NCBI RefSeq assembly: GCF_000142905.1
Contig: NW_013657614.1
Location: 1-51,709, forward strand
Origin: Thecamonas trahens ATCC 50062
Lineage: Eukaryota > Protista > Apusomonadida
Direction: 5' to 3'
DNA: 51,709 bases
Below the pieces are notes generated by a model. That model searched no databases. It was given only the letters and a program-made list of their open reading frames with translations, and was not told the DNA's origin. A program made the position numbers and the translations under genes. Below, in pieces: positions 35,474 to 46,135 of this stretch. The number at the start of each line of letters is the position of its first letter. Position 1 is the stretch's first letter.

Positions 35474-38400
35474 ATGGCCAACGACAACCAGGTCGACCAG
35501 GTCGACCAGGACGAGCAGGACGACCAGGACGACCAGAACGAGCAGGACGAGCAGGACGAGCAGTACAACGACCACGATGGCGACCAGGGCGATGAGTCGG
35601 GCCCGAGCATGGAGGAATACGTGCTGGAGATGGTGGACGCAGGGCTGTATGCGCTGGGCAATGGCGACAGTGAAACGGCGCTGAGGACACTCTCGGCGGC
35701 GGAGAGCGTGACGAGCATCAAAAAGTGGCGGCGACGGACAGACGAGCCGGCTGTCATCCGCAAGGCTGTGCGAGCACAGGCTCTTCTTGCTCTGGCTCGC
35801 TATTATGCTGAGCGTGCCCAGTGTCATGCTGCTCTTGAGTATGCAAACAAGGCGTACAAGATCGAACTCGGCTTGGACGAGTGCTACGCTCCCGAGCGGA
35901 CGCATCTGCTGCTGGCCTCGCTCCTGGCCCGGACTCGCAATCCGGCCGCTGCTATTCGCCACTACCAGATGGCTCTGGTTGCTATGGGGCCAGAGCCGCA
36001 TCCGGAGCTTGCTGCCATGGCTCATCACAACATCGGGCTCGAGCTGGAGCGGATGGGCAACATCCCTGCCGCGCTCAAGGCCCACGCCAACGCCGTCGAC
36101 GCCGCGACCTCGGCGCTCGGCGCAGACCACCCCACCACCGCTGCGGTGGTTGCCGAGGAAGCGGCGGCCAAGGCTCGTGCAGCTGCGGCCCGCCGCCGCC
36201 GCGACAAGTCGTCGGCGGTCCCGCGAGTTGCGCATGGGCACCCCCTCGCGCCCATTGACTCCGCTACCGCCGAGGTCTCACCCTACGCCGGCGAGGGCGG
36301 GAGCCCCGACGAGAGGCCGCGGACCGGGCGGATCGACGTCGAGCCGCCGCTCATTCCGCTGCTCGGCGTCGAGGCCGACGACGCTGTCGGCGGCGGCACC
36401 AGCGACGAGACGAGCTCGCCGCAGCGGCGGCAGACCCGCCCACGGCCACCGGCCGGACAGTCGAGCGGCCGGCCGGCTGCCCGGCGGCGCCGGCAGCGGC
36501 GCGTCGGGCTGCCCGGCCGACGAGCAGCCGATACTGCAGGCGGGCCAGAGTCGAAGCGGCTGATTGGNNNNNNNNNNNNNNNNNNNNNNNNNNNNNNNNN
36601 NNNNNNNNNNNNNNNNNNNNNNNNNNNNNNNNNNNNNNNNNNNNNNNNNNNNNNNNNNNNNNNNNNNNNNNNNNNNNNNNNNNNNNNNNNNNNNNNNNNN
36701 NNNNNNNNNNNNNNNGCTTTATCTCTATCGCCGGCGGCGCGGGCCGACGAGGCAGCCGACACTGCAAGCGGGCCAGAGCCGAAGCGGCTGATTGGCCAGT
36801 TGCGGGTCCACATTGTCTCGGCCAACATCTTGTCTGCTGCGGCGGCGCGCGCATCGGTGGAGACCGACGCGTCGGGCAAGGTCCTCGCCAACAGCTTTTC
36901 GCCGTACTGCGTAGCGTTTGTGGGCAGCGCGGAGGAGCGGACGCCTGTGGCGCGCGACACGCTCACGCCGCAGTTTGGCGGCGACGACATGGTGTTTGAG
37001 CTGAGCGGCGGCGCAACCGCGCTCGACCTCGCGCTCTTTGACGCACAGGACGACGCCAAGGACCCGTGCCTCGGCGCCGGCTCGATCGCGCTGTGGGAGC
37101 TGCATCTCGATGGGCGGCGGAACAACGTGGTGGTCGACCTCGACGCCGACGCTGGCCAGATCCGCGCCTGGACCGAGCTTGTGCTTGCGCCGGAGGCCTT
37201 TGCTGACGAGGAGGAGGTCTCGGCAGCCGAGGCCGACGCGGCGGCGACTCGGATCCAGGCGACGTGGCGCGGGCATGCGGCGCGGTCGCGGCTGCGTGCT
37301 GCGCGCGCGGCAGCGGCACGGGCGTCGTGGCGTGGTCCAGTGCTGGTCAACGTCATCGAGGCTCGCGACCTGCCGACCAAAACGCCGGTCCTCTGCACGG
37401 CGACGGCAGGCAAGGTGACGTTTGCCACCGAGCGGCGCGGCCCGCCAACGGCGCCGGTGTGGAACGAGGCCTTTGTGTTTGGCCTCGCCGGCACCGAGGC
37501 TGCGCTCGACGTCTCGCTCTATGAGGCAAACAAGGTCAAGGGCAAGCCATTGGCGCGCGGGCGGCTCGAGCTGAGCGGGCTTGAGACCCGTGGCGTCCGT
37601 AATGATGTATGGCTGGCCATGGCCGGTCGGAAGAAGAATTCGGCCGCCGGCGAGGTCCGCGTAGCCATCATCCACCGTCCGTCGCGCGAGCAGGTGCCGG
37701 CTGGCGCGCATGTCCGCACCTCGGAGCGCGTGGCCGAGTCAGAGACCGGCGAGGAAGTGGTGTGGGAAGGCAAGATGCTGGTGCGGGTCATCGAGGCACG
37801 GTACACCAATGGCCGGGTCGGAGCGTGCAAAGTTGACGTCCAGGGCCAAGCCGAGACAACCCGGCTGGTGACCAAGACGACGACGCCCGAGTGGAACGAC
37901 GCATTTATCTTTGACCTCGACGGCACCGACGGCGTCATCAACGTCCGGCTGCTGGACCTCAAGGGGAAGAAGAGCCTGGCAGTGGGGCATATTCCGGTCT
38001 CGATGCTCCTCGACAACGGGGCGTCCAACGACCTGTGGTTTGAGTTTGACGGCTACGACGGGCAAGTCCGACTCGACATTGTCCACAACCCGACACAGGC
38101 GCAGATCGACGAGGCGCTTCTTGCCGGCATGTGGTCAGGGCGGATTCTTGTCCGGGTTCTCCGCGCCTCCAAGGTGGCGACCAACGTGGCGTGTGCGGTC
38201 GAGCTGAACGGCGACCGCCAGCGGACGCGGCTGACCGAAGAGGCCGAGTGGGACGAGGGCTTCATTTTTGAGCTGGAGCCGACCCGCGAGCCTACCGTCG
38301 ACTTTCGGGTGGTCAAGGTCGACGACGGCGTCATCGCGTCGGGCGTGCTGGAGCTGACCGAGCTCAAGCGCGACGGCGTGGTCAACCGGTGTAACGTCAA

Positions 38401-41400
38401 ACTGACCGGCGGACGCAAGGGCGCGGCACTTGACGCCATTGTTGTCCACGACCCGTCCGAGGAGGAGCTCCGCGGTGTGACGGCACGGCAAGAGGAGCTG
38501 GCGGCGCAGGCGGCGGCCGAGGTGGCCGTCCGCGAGGCCGCCGCCCGTGCCGCGGCCGAGGCTGCTGCTCGCGCTGAGGCTGAGGCGGCAGCACGGCGGG
38601 CTGCGGCCCAGGCTGCATGGACCGGTCCGGTACTGGTCCGGGTCCTCTCTGCCCGCAATGTCCCCCAGGGCGACACGTTCAGCAAGTCGGATGCATACTG
38701 CGTGGTGCGGGTCCAGGGCGAGAAGGCGCAGACGCGGGTGGTTGGCAATGCCGCAGATCCGGTGTGGAACGAGGCCTTTGAGTTTGAGCTCGACGGAACG
38801 GACTCGACGCTCGCGGTGGCGCTCTACGACGAGGACGCCGACGGCGACGGCGACGATGCGCTTGCGCTCGGGCACATTGACCTGAAGAAGCTGGACAAGG
38901 ACGGGGCCGAGAACGACGAGTGGTACGCCATCGGCGACGACGGCGGCGAGGTTCATCTTGTCATTGTCCACCATCCGACCGAGGAGACGCTCGCGGCAGC
39001 CCGCAAGGCATCCGAGCCGCTTTTGCGTTCGTCGCCGTCGACAGCAGCTTGGACCGGGCCGATCACGGTCCGTGTTGTTGAGGCCAAGAACGTGCCAAAG
39101 GGCGACGCGTTCTCGCAGTCGGACGCGCGGTGCGTGCTCGAGCTGCAGGGCGAAGAGCGGCGGACGAGCGTGGTGGCCGACACTGATGCGCCGACGTGGA
39201 ACGAGGAGTTTGGCTTTGAGCTGGACGGCTCCGACGACACGCTGGCGGTCAAGCTTGTCGACGACGACAACGGGAGCGACGACGTGCTCGCGGTTGGCCA
39301 CGTGCCGCTGAGGTTGCTCGAACGTGACGGTGTGGTCAACGATCAATGGTATGGCTTTGACGACAGCGATGCTATGGTCCGCCTCGTGGTCGTTCACGGC
39401 GCGGAGGCTGCGGGCGAGTCGGCGATGGAGGCCGAGCCCGAGGCCGAGCCCGAGACTGAGGCCGCGCCACAGTCGCAGCCGTGGACCGGACCGATGCTGG
39501 TGCGCGTGGTTGAGGCCACGAAGGTTCCCAAGGGTGACACGTTTTCCAAGTCAGACGCGCGGTGTGTGCTCGAGCTGCAGGGCGAAGAGCGGCGGACGAG
39601 CGTGGTGGACGACACTGATGCGCCGACGTGGAACGAGGAGTTTGACTTTGAGCTGGACGGCTCCGACGAGACGCTGGCGGTCAAGCTTGTTGATGATGAC
39701 GATGGAAGTGACGACGTGCTCGCGGTTGGCCACGTGCCGCTGAACATGCTGGAGCGTGATGGCGAGACCGACCAGTGGTACGGATTCGACAACTGTGACG
39801 CCATGGTCCGGCTCGTTGTGCTTCACGGCGCAGCCGCCGAGGCACGGCTGGCGGCCGAGGCTGCGACCAAGGCCAAGGCCGAGGAAGAGGCGCGGCTGGC
39901 GGCCGAGGAAGAGGCACGGCTGGCGGCCGAGGCTGCGGCCAAGGCCAAGGCCGAGGAAGAGGCACGGCTGGCGGCCGAGGCTGCGGCCAAGGCCAAGGCC
40001 GAGGAAGAGGCGCGGCTGGCGGCCGAGGCTGCGGCCAAGGCCAAGGCCGAAGAAGAGGCACGGCTGGCGGCCGAGGCTGCGGCCAAGGCCAAGGCCGAGG
40101 AAGAGGCACGGCTGGCGGCCGAGGCTGCGGCCAAGGCCAAGGCCGAGGAAGAGGCACGGCTGGCGGCCGAGGAAGAGGCGCGGCTGGCGGCCGAGGCTGC
40201 GGCCAAGGCCAAGGCCGAGGAAGAGGCACGGCTGGCGGCCGAGGAAGAGGCGCGGCTGGCGGCCGAGGCTGCGGCCAAGGCCAAGGCCGAGGAAGAGGCA
40301 CGGCTGGCGGCCGAGGAAGAGGCACGGCTGGCGGCCGAGGAAGAGGCGCGGCTGGCGGCCGAGGAAGAGGCGCGACTGGCGGCCGAGGCTGCGGCCGCGC
40401 CCGAGCCCTGGACTGGACTCACTCGGATCCAGGTTGTCGAGGCCAAGAAGGTGCCCAAGGGTGACGCTTTCTCCAAGTCTGACGCCCGGTGCGTGATCGC
40501 GATTCAGGACCAGGAGCGGCGGACCAACGTGGTGGACAACACCGAGGCACCGACATGGAACGAAACGTTCGACTTTGTCCTCGACGGCAGCGACGCCACG
40601 CTGGAGGTCAAGCTTGTGGACGATGACGACGGGAGCGATGACGTGCTCGCAGTCGGTCACGTGCCGCTGGGCATGCTGGAGCGCGACGGAGTGGTCAATG
40701 ACCAGTGGTTCGGCTTTGATAATTGCGAGGCCATTGTCCATCTCATCATCACCCACCGCCCTGCGGCAGAGCCAGCGCTTGCAGCGCCCGCGGCGCCCGT
40801 CGCGGCGTCGAGCAGTGCCGAGTGGGCAGGCGACGCCATGGTCCTCGTAGCGTCGGGGAGTGAGCTCCCTGTCGACAGCTACGTTCGGTTGGAGATGGGC
40901 GAGACATCGGTGCGAACGAGCCCGGTGACCGGGGCGGCGGCCGAGATCAACGAGGCGTTCCTCATTCCGTCGGACGGAGCAGACACGTCGCTGGCCGTCT
41001 TTGTGTGCGATAACAAGACCGACGAAGTCATCTCAGCAGGACAGGTCCCGCTCGAGTCGCTCAAGGCCGACAGCGAGGAGAACGAGCTACAGGCCGGCTT
41101 TTCTGACAGCAGCACCGCAGTTAAGCTGTTGGTCATCGCCAACCCGACGGAGGAGCAGATGGCCATGTACATGCACTCGGCGAACTGGACCCCGTGGACC
41201 GGTCCGGTTGAGCTGCGGATTGTGGAGGCACTGCATGTCGAGAACAGCGAAGGCGACGATGCAGCGTTCTGCGAGCTGGCCATCCAGGGCCAGACCTTCC
41301 TGGCCGGCCCGGCCGTGGTCGGTGACGACCGGCACCCGGTGTGGGACAAGTCGTTTGTGCTCGAGCTCGACGGCTCGACCTCCAAGCTCAAGCTCCGGCT

Positions 41401-41656
41401 CCTCGACTCAACCAAGAATGCGCTCACCCATGGTCGCATCTCGCTCAAGTACCTCAACCGCGGTGGCGCCGTCAACGACTCATGGCTCGGCTTTGACAAG
41501 AAGGACACCCGCATCCACATCATCATCACCCACTATCCGTCGCTGGAGTATGAGTCGGAGTATGGCGGCGACGAAGCAGCCGCGTCAGCGTCGGCATCGG
41601 CGTCGGCGTCGGCTGCCGTGTCACCAACCAAGACTGTCGAGTCGCGAGTTTACTAA
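35474..41656 (+). CDS. Large protein with acidic N-terminus, TPRs, IQ motif, ten C2 domains and an EEEARLAA helical repeat; N gap 36568-36715
   Basis: AMAHHNIGLELE TPR; IQATWRGHAAR; repeated WxGx(L/V)xVxV(I/V)EA..PxWNExFxF C2 signatures. Confidence 0.85.
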   Translation: MANDNQVDQVDQDEQDDQDDQNEQDEQDEQYNDHDGDQGDESGPSMEEYVLEMVDAGLYALGNGDSETALRTLSAAESVTSIKKWRRRTDEPAVIRKAVRAQALLALARYYAERAQCHAALEYANKAYKIELGLDECYAPERTHLLLASLLARTRNPAAAIRHYQMALVAMGPEPHPELAAMAHHNIGLELERMGNIPAALKAHANAVDAATSALGADHPTTAAVVAEEAAAKARAAAARRRRDKSSAVPRVAHGHPLAPIDSATAEVSPYAGEGGSPDERPRTGRIDVEPPLIPLLGVEADDAVGGGTSDETSSPQRRQTRPRPPAGQSSGRPAARRRRQRRVGLPGRRAADTAGGPESKRLIXXXXXXXXXXXXXXXXXXXXXXXXXXXXXXXXXXXXXXXXXXXXXXXXXXALSLSPAARADEAADTASGPEPKRLIGQLRVHIVSANILSAAAARASVETDASGKVLANSFSPYCVAFVGSAEERTPVARDTLTPQFGGDDMVFELSGGATALDLALFDAQDDAKDPCLGAGSIALWELHLDGRRNNVVVDLDADAGQIRAWTELVLAPEAFADEEEVSAAEADAAATRIQATWRGHAARSRLRAARAAAARASWRGPVLVNVIEARDLPTKTPVLCTATAGKVTFATERRGPPTAPVWNEAFVFGLAGTEAALDVSLYEANKVKGKPLARGRLELSGLETRGVRNDVWLAMAGRKKNSAAGEVRVAIIHRPSREQVPAGAHVRTSERVAESETGEEVVWEGKMLVRVIEARYTNGRVGACKVDVQGQAETTRLVTKTTTPEWNDAFIFDLDGTDGVINVRLLDLKGKKSLAVGHIPVSMLLDNGASNDLWFEFDGYDGQVRLDIVHNPTQAQIDEALLAGMWSGRILVRVLRASKVATNVACAVELNGDRQRTRLTEEAEWDEGFIFELEPTREPTVDFRVVKVDDGVIASGVLELTELKRDGVVNRCNVKLTGGRKGAALDAIVVHDPSEEELRGVTARQEELAAQAAAEVAVREAAARAAAEAAARAEAEAAARRAAAQAAWTGPVLVRVLSARNVPQGDTFSKSDAYCVVRVQGEKAQTRVVGNAADPVWNEAFEFELDGTDSTLAVALYDEDADGDGDDALALGHIDLKKLDKDGAENDEWYAIGDDGGEVHLVIVHHPTEETLAAARKASEPLLRSSPSTAAWTGPITVRVVEAKNVPKGDAFSQSDARCVLELQGEERRTSVVADTDAPTWNEEFGFELDGSDDTLAVKLVDDDNGSDDVLAVGHVPLRLLERDGVVNDQWYGFDDSDAMVRLVVVHGAEAAGESAMEAEPEAEPETEAAPQSQPWTGPMLVRVVEATKVPKGDTFSKSDARCVLELQGEERRTSVVDDTDAPTWNEEFDFELDGSDETLAVKLVDDDDGSDDVLAVGHVPLNMLERDGETDQWYGFDNCDAMVRLVVLHGAAAEARLAAEAATKAKAEEEARLAAEEEARLAAEAAAKAKAEEEARLAAEAAAKAKAEEEARLAAEAAAKAKAEEEARLAAEAAAKAKAEEEARLAAEAAAKAKAEEEARLAAEEEARLAAEAAAKAKAEEEARLAAEEEARLAAEAAAKAKAEEEARLAAEEEARLAAEEEARLAAEEEARLAAEAAAAPEPWTGLTRIQVVEAKKVPKGDAFSKSDARCVIAIQDQERRTNVVDNTEAPTWNETFDFVLDGSDATLEVKLVDDDDGSDDVLAVGHVPLGMLERDGVVNDQWFGFDNCEAIVHLIITHRPAAEPALAAPAAPVAASSSAEWAGDAMVLVASGSELPVDSYVRLEMGETSVRTSPVTGAAAEINEAFLIPSDGADTSLAVFVCDNKTDEVISAGQVPLESLKADSEENELQAGFSDSSTAVKLLVIANPTEEQMAMYMHSANWTPWTGPVELRIVEALHVENSEGDDAAFCELAIQGQTFLAGPAVVGDDRHPVWDKSFVLELDGSTSKLKLRLLDSTKNALTHGRISLKYLNRGGAVNDSWLGFDKKDTRIHIIITHYPSLEYESEYGGDEAAASASASASASAAVSPTKTVESRVY
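39835..40400 (+). repeat. Coding tandem repeat AEAAAKAKAEEEARLA (48-nt and 24-nt units)
   Basis: direct reading. Confidence 0.92.
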
Positions 41657-41945
41657 CCCTGGCCCGCAACACAGTACAGTTATCCAAGCACGTTGTTGCG
41701 CGCCTCAAATTGAACAACACAGCACACAGGCAAAGTGGGGGGGCGGAGACCGGCCACTTGCACTGGCATGACGGCGGCGGCTGCGCCCACGGCCATGATC
41801 ACGCCCACGGCCACTCGAACGAGCCGCATGCCCACGAATCGGACGTTGGCACCAAGACCCTTGTCGGTATCGTGTGCTTTTGTCATCGAGAAGATTGGCC
41901 GGGCAGGCACGGCCATGGGCACAGCCACGGGGCGCCGACCCCAAA

Positions 41946-44669
41946 CTAGTGCGGTCCCGCCTCGGCTAGAAGCGCCCAATCGGTGTGGCGGCAGTTCCGC
42001 TCAAAGCGGACAACCCAGATGCGAGAGAGCGGACGGGAGCCAAGGACAACCACGAGCTGGGGGGTAGACATCCACGCGCCGGCGATGGGCTCGTCGAGCG
42101 CGACCGAGACGGAGGCGGTCGACGAGCTTGCCGGCGACGACAGCTCGATGCCAAAGCGGTCTGCCGAGACAGCGACGTCGAGGTCTGTGGACCGAGGAGA
42201 TGCACACGAGAGTGAGGCGAGGAGCTCGTCCGACGGCGGAGCAAAGTCGAGCACAAGTGTTTCGCGCACCTGGGAAACAAGCGTGTCAAACGAGGCGACA
42301 AGCCAGGCGCCCGAGGCATCACAGACGCCGACCGAAAACTCCGTGCGAAGGCCCGAGACGATGAGAGCGATCGGCTCAACAGGGGCCTGCCACGCACCGC
42401 GCCATGTGTGCTGTGCGAGGTCAAAGAGGTGGATGCGGTTGGCTGCGTCGAGGGCAACGGCGACCGCAGCAGCGTCCGAGGCCGCCGGCGCCACGTCGGT
42501 CCGCCAGCCGGCGCGGGCCGCCGAGGCTCCAAGATGCAGGCCGCGGACAAGGATCCGGTTCCCTGTGTTCTGCTCCGGCTTGGTTCGGGCCTCGCTGAGC
42601 GAAGGCGGCGGGAGCGGGAGCGGAGAGTGTGGGCCGAGGTTGACGCCAAACACTGTCTCGGCCATGGTGGAGACGGCGGTGGTGACCACCGGCGTGATGG
42701 CTTGCGACGATCCGAGCGACGAGGCCTCGCGTGGCTTGTCGACCCGGAGCAGGGCGATGCCTGCGTCACGGATGCGGGTCTCAAAGGTCTCGGCCATCGA
42801 GACAAGCCCAATGTGCCAGTTGGCGATGTGCTGGGTGTACGAGGTGGCGGAGCGGAGCGGAATGTGGACTGGGTTGAGGACGAAGCGAGGCCGCGCGGCG
42901 ACAAGCTCGTCAAAGACGTCGCGGTTTTCGGCATCAAAGCAAATGAGGATGCCGGCTCGACCAAAGGCGGTGTCGACTACAGTGGTAGATGACCCGGCTT
43001 TGAGCGAGGAGGCACCGACGAGCTTGCGCTTGCGGTACGTGGCGAGGACGCAGCCCTCGGGATCAAGGAGGATGGCCTGGCAATAGCTGGCGCCATGTGG
43101 CGCGGTCTCGATCCGGGTCCCAAGCAGGGCATAGACACCGTAGCGGCGGATAACACCTGCCACGGTGGCGATGAACGGGAGCTCGTCGAGTGGGGCGCCA
43201 CGGGCTTCGGCTTGAAGGTCGCTGCGCGAGGCGGTCACCCAGCCCTCGGGAAAGACGACGACGGCTGGCGGTGGGCCGCGGCCGGAAAAGATGGCATCGA
43301 GCTCGCGGGTGATAACGTCTTTGGCGTCTGCAGCAAACATGTGGCGGACTTGAAAGGCGAGCGCGTGGACGGCGCCATCGCTGGTGATGGCGGCGGCGTC
43401 CGATTCGGAGCTGCGAGCCGCGAAGAGCTCCGATTGATAGGCTGTGAGCTCGTCGAGCGAGATCGGGAAGAGAAAGCTGTTCGATGCAAACGGGGACGAT
43501 GCAAAGGTGGCCTGGAGCGCCGCGAGGGTTGTGAGCAGCGTGTCGGTGGAGATGACGCTCATACCCGATGCCCAGACCTCGCCCCAGTCGCAGGCGGGCG
43601 GAACAGCGGCGCGGACAGCAGCATCAGCGGCAACGAGGTCATCGGCGGTGACTCGGCGGGTGAGGTACGCGAGGGCGCGAGCAATGCCGCGGACAATGGC
43701 GGCTTCCTCGTCCGGAGCGAGCGGGACGCCGGCGCAGCTCTCGATAAAGGCGCGGGTCGAGTCCGGCAAGGCGCGTGCGTCGAGGACAGTGGCGACGGCA
43801 GCGGTGACCCGGGCGATGTACGCATCAGCATCGCAGGAGGTGCGAGGCGTAGTGACCGCCGAGTCGATGGCGACAACAACGCCGTCGAGCGCGCGGAAGA
43901 GGACGTTGCCTGGGTTGCCGTCATTGTCCCACACCTCGCCAAACGGAGCACGGTCCGAGTTGTTTGTCAGCAGATCGGCGACAAGCATATATCCGAGAGC
44001 CTCAAGTTGACGCGGCGCAAAGGGACAGTCAGAGATGGCGGCGACGGCCGTCGGCGGAAGATCAAAGTGGGCGAGGAGGCGGGCAGCAAAGTCCGGGCGG
44101 AGCGGGAGCTTGTCGAGGGTCACACCGGGCACGTACTCCATGACGGCAAAGTATGGGCGATTGAGATGCTTTTCAACAGCACGAGCAGTGGCATCAGATC
44201 CCGTGGCAGCCGTCCGTTCCTTGATAAGCGCCCACTCGCCCGAGTTGTCGGTAAAGCGCACCAGGCGCATGTCCGGCACAGGCATCAGCGGCAGGAGGCT
44301 GGCCAGGAGACGATTGGCGAAATACTCTTCGGGCAAAGTGGTTGCCGATTTGACGACAACTGCCTGATCGGCGTGATTGACAACCAGCAGAACACTGCCG
44401 GCATCATTGAGCGTCTTGCTTGCGCTCACTGATTCCCATGACCACTCTTGCGGGGCAATGGCTGCCGGTGCGAGGCTGACGGCAGCGACATGCGGAGAGG
44501 CAGTTGGCTCGGATGCCGTCGGTGGGCGGTACGTGGCCTTGATGACCCCATCAGGCGGTCCGGGTGGGGGTGGGGGTGGGGGGCCAGAGGTGGGACGCGT
44601 GGACGTGGCGGAGGCTGGGCCTGGGCCTGGGCCTGGCGGTGGTGGCGGTGGTGGTGGGGGGGCTGACAT
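41946..44669 (-). CDS. Polyproline + actin-fragmin-kinase-like catalytic domain + carbon-nitrogen hydrolase (nitrilase-fold) fusion
   Basis: VVVKS..EYFA, RPYFAVMEYVPG, ADLLTNNSDRAP..WDNDGNPGNVL..VAIDS; then VVFPEG, YRK, GILICFD; ATG 44669 gives 907 aa. Confidence 0.8.
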   Translation of the reverse strand: MSAPPPPPPPPPGPGPGPASATSTRPTSGPPPPPPPGPPDGVIKATYRPPTASEPTASPHVAAVSLAPAAIAPQEWSWESVSASKTLNDAGSVLLVVNHADQAVVVKSATTLPEEYFANRLLASLLPLMPVPDMRLVRFTDNSGEWALIKERTAATGSDATARAVEKHLNRPYFAVMEYVPGVTLDKLPLRPDFAARLLAHFDLPPTAVAAISDCPFAPRQLEALGYMLVADLLTNNSDRAPFGEVWDNDGNPGNVLFRALDGVVVAIDSAVTTPRTSCDADAYIARVTAAVATVLDARALPDSTRAFIESCAGVPLAPDEEAAIVRGIARALAYLTRRVTADDLVAADAAVRAAVPPACDWGEVWASGMSVISTDTLLTTLAALQATFASSPFASNSFLFPISLDELTAYQSELFAARSSESDAAAITSDGAVHALAFQVRHMFAADAKDVITRELDAIFSGRGPPPAVVVFPEGWVTASRSDLQAEARGAPLDELPFIATVAGVIRRYGVYALLGTRIETAPHGASYCQAILLDPEGCVLATYRKRKLVGASSLKAGSSTTVVDTAFGRAGILICFDAENRDVFDELVAARPRFVLNPVHIPLRSATSYTQHIANWHIGLVSMAETFETRIRDAGIALLRVDKPREASSLGSSQAITPVVTTAVSTMAETVFGVNLGPHSPLPLPPPSLSEARTKPEQNTGNRILVRGLHLGASAARAGWRTDVAPAASDAAAVAVALDAANRIHLFDLAQHTWRGAWQAPVEPIALIVSGLRTEFSVGVCDASGAWLVASFDTLVSQVRETLVLDFAPPSDELLASLSCASPRSTDLDVAVSADRFGIELSSPASSSTASVSVALDEPIAGAWMSTPQLVVVLGSRPLSRIWVVRFERNCRHTDWALLAEAGPH

Positions 44670-44739
44670 GGCCGAGTCAGGTGTGGAACGTCCGAGAACA
44701 AATAGTCGATGTTCGAGAAGGAATGGCTGGGTCATGGCT

Positions 44740-45411
44740 TTACTGCCCGTAGCAGCGACGCTTCCGCGGGCGGCAGGTGCTGCAGCGGGGTGCGGGGGTG
44801 TAAGGAGGTGGGGCGGGTGTGACGGATGGCGCAGCGATGTCCATGTCGGCAATGTCCATGTCGGCGAACTCCATGGCGGCAAGGAAACGCTCGACAAGAG
44901 CGTCATGCTTGGCGTTGAGGCGCGCAACGCACTCGTCGGCGTCATGCTGGTCATAATCGGCCTTGACGCTGGCCTCGATCTTGGCACGCAAAGCAGAGAG
45001 GTCCTTCGGAGTAATGTCCTGCTTCTTGGCGGCCCTGTCAACGCCGGTCCTGGTCGCTCGGTGATGCTTGTCACAGATCTTCAAGGCGAGGACGCCCATG
45101 TCGACCACGCCGACCTCGAGAGCAAGCACGGCCTCTTCCAGGCCACTGAAATCAGTGTAACCATCGTAGGCCTCGCGCACAAAGTCCTTGAAAGCGCCCT
45201 TGGAAAGGGGCCAGTCACAGCCGGTGTTGTCTTTGGCCAGTTGCAAGCAACGTGCGTGGGCAGCAGCGAGTGGGACAGAGTCCTTTCCGAGGCGCGCCTT
45301 TAGCTTCTCCTTGTACATCAAGCCCTCGTCGCCCTGAGTGAGCGGCACAAGCGCGCGCTTGAAAGGACGTGAATCCGAGGCGTTGCCCTGTCCGCGCTTC
45401 GAGTTGACCAT
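44740..45411 (-). CDS. Orphan helical protein, 223 aa
   Basis: ATG 45411, GC3-biased codons like neighbouring genes, no motif recognised. Confidence 0.55.
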   Translation of the reverse strand: MVNSKRGQGNASDSRPFKRALVPLTQGDEGLMYKEKLKARLGKDSVPLAAAHARCLQLAKDNTGCDWPLSKGAFKDFVREAYDGYTDFSGLEEAVLALEVGVVDMGVLALKICDKHHRATRTGVDRAAKKQDITPKDLSALRAKIEASVKADYDQHDADECVARLNAKHDALVERFLAAMEFADMDIADMDIAAPSVTPAPPPYTPAPRCSTCRPRKRRCYGQ

Positions 45412-46135
45412 CTTTGATCTGGAGGTGGGTGAGAGGTTGAGGGACGGTGAGTGAGGATGAGGGGGGGTTTGAGGGAAAAAAATCAACCGGCCCTGTGCGG
45501 AGAATTTTCAGTGTGAAAACTTGCCGCACCGCCGGACTCTCAGCCCGCAGTCGTACGGCCCCCGAGCGCAAAAGTGCAAGGGCACACATAGCAAAGTGCA
45601 AAAAAACGGCCAGTTTCGACTGACTGCATGTTCTGCAGCCACTTGGTGTGTACACACCGGCCACCACAACCATGACCATGGTCGAGGAGACCACAACCAA
45701 GGAAAGAGGCGCATGCCGTGACGCACATGGAGGGAGGAACATGGCCGACTACCATGGCATCCACCATCACTACCACCCCCACATCCACACCACGTACATG
45801 CTCTGTAACCGAGTGAGGTGTTGGCGAGTTGGGGTGTGAAGATTATTGCCCTATGGTGTGTGGCATGGCGGGGAAGCGAGGCCATGGGTGGAGGGCAGGA
45901 GTGAGGAGGAGGCAATGGTGACGGAGAAGGGACCAGGCACCCAGAGGACGCCCATGGGGTAGGACTGTGGCTTGTGGATGGACTGTGGTGGAGGGTGATG
46001 AGGGTGCGGGGGGGGTGTGTCGTCACAGCAAAGAATGACCGGCTTTCTACTGCTGCGGGTGGGCGCAGGCAAGGAGGGAGACGACGGCCTCGTGTCCGTG
46101 CAGCACAGCATGGGTACCGGAAAAGCCGGTTGGGG

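Noticed and set aside
36515-36795. ~53-bp direct duplication on either side of the N gap
   Set aside because: Most likely unmerged low-quality contig ends rather than a real duplication
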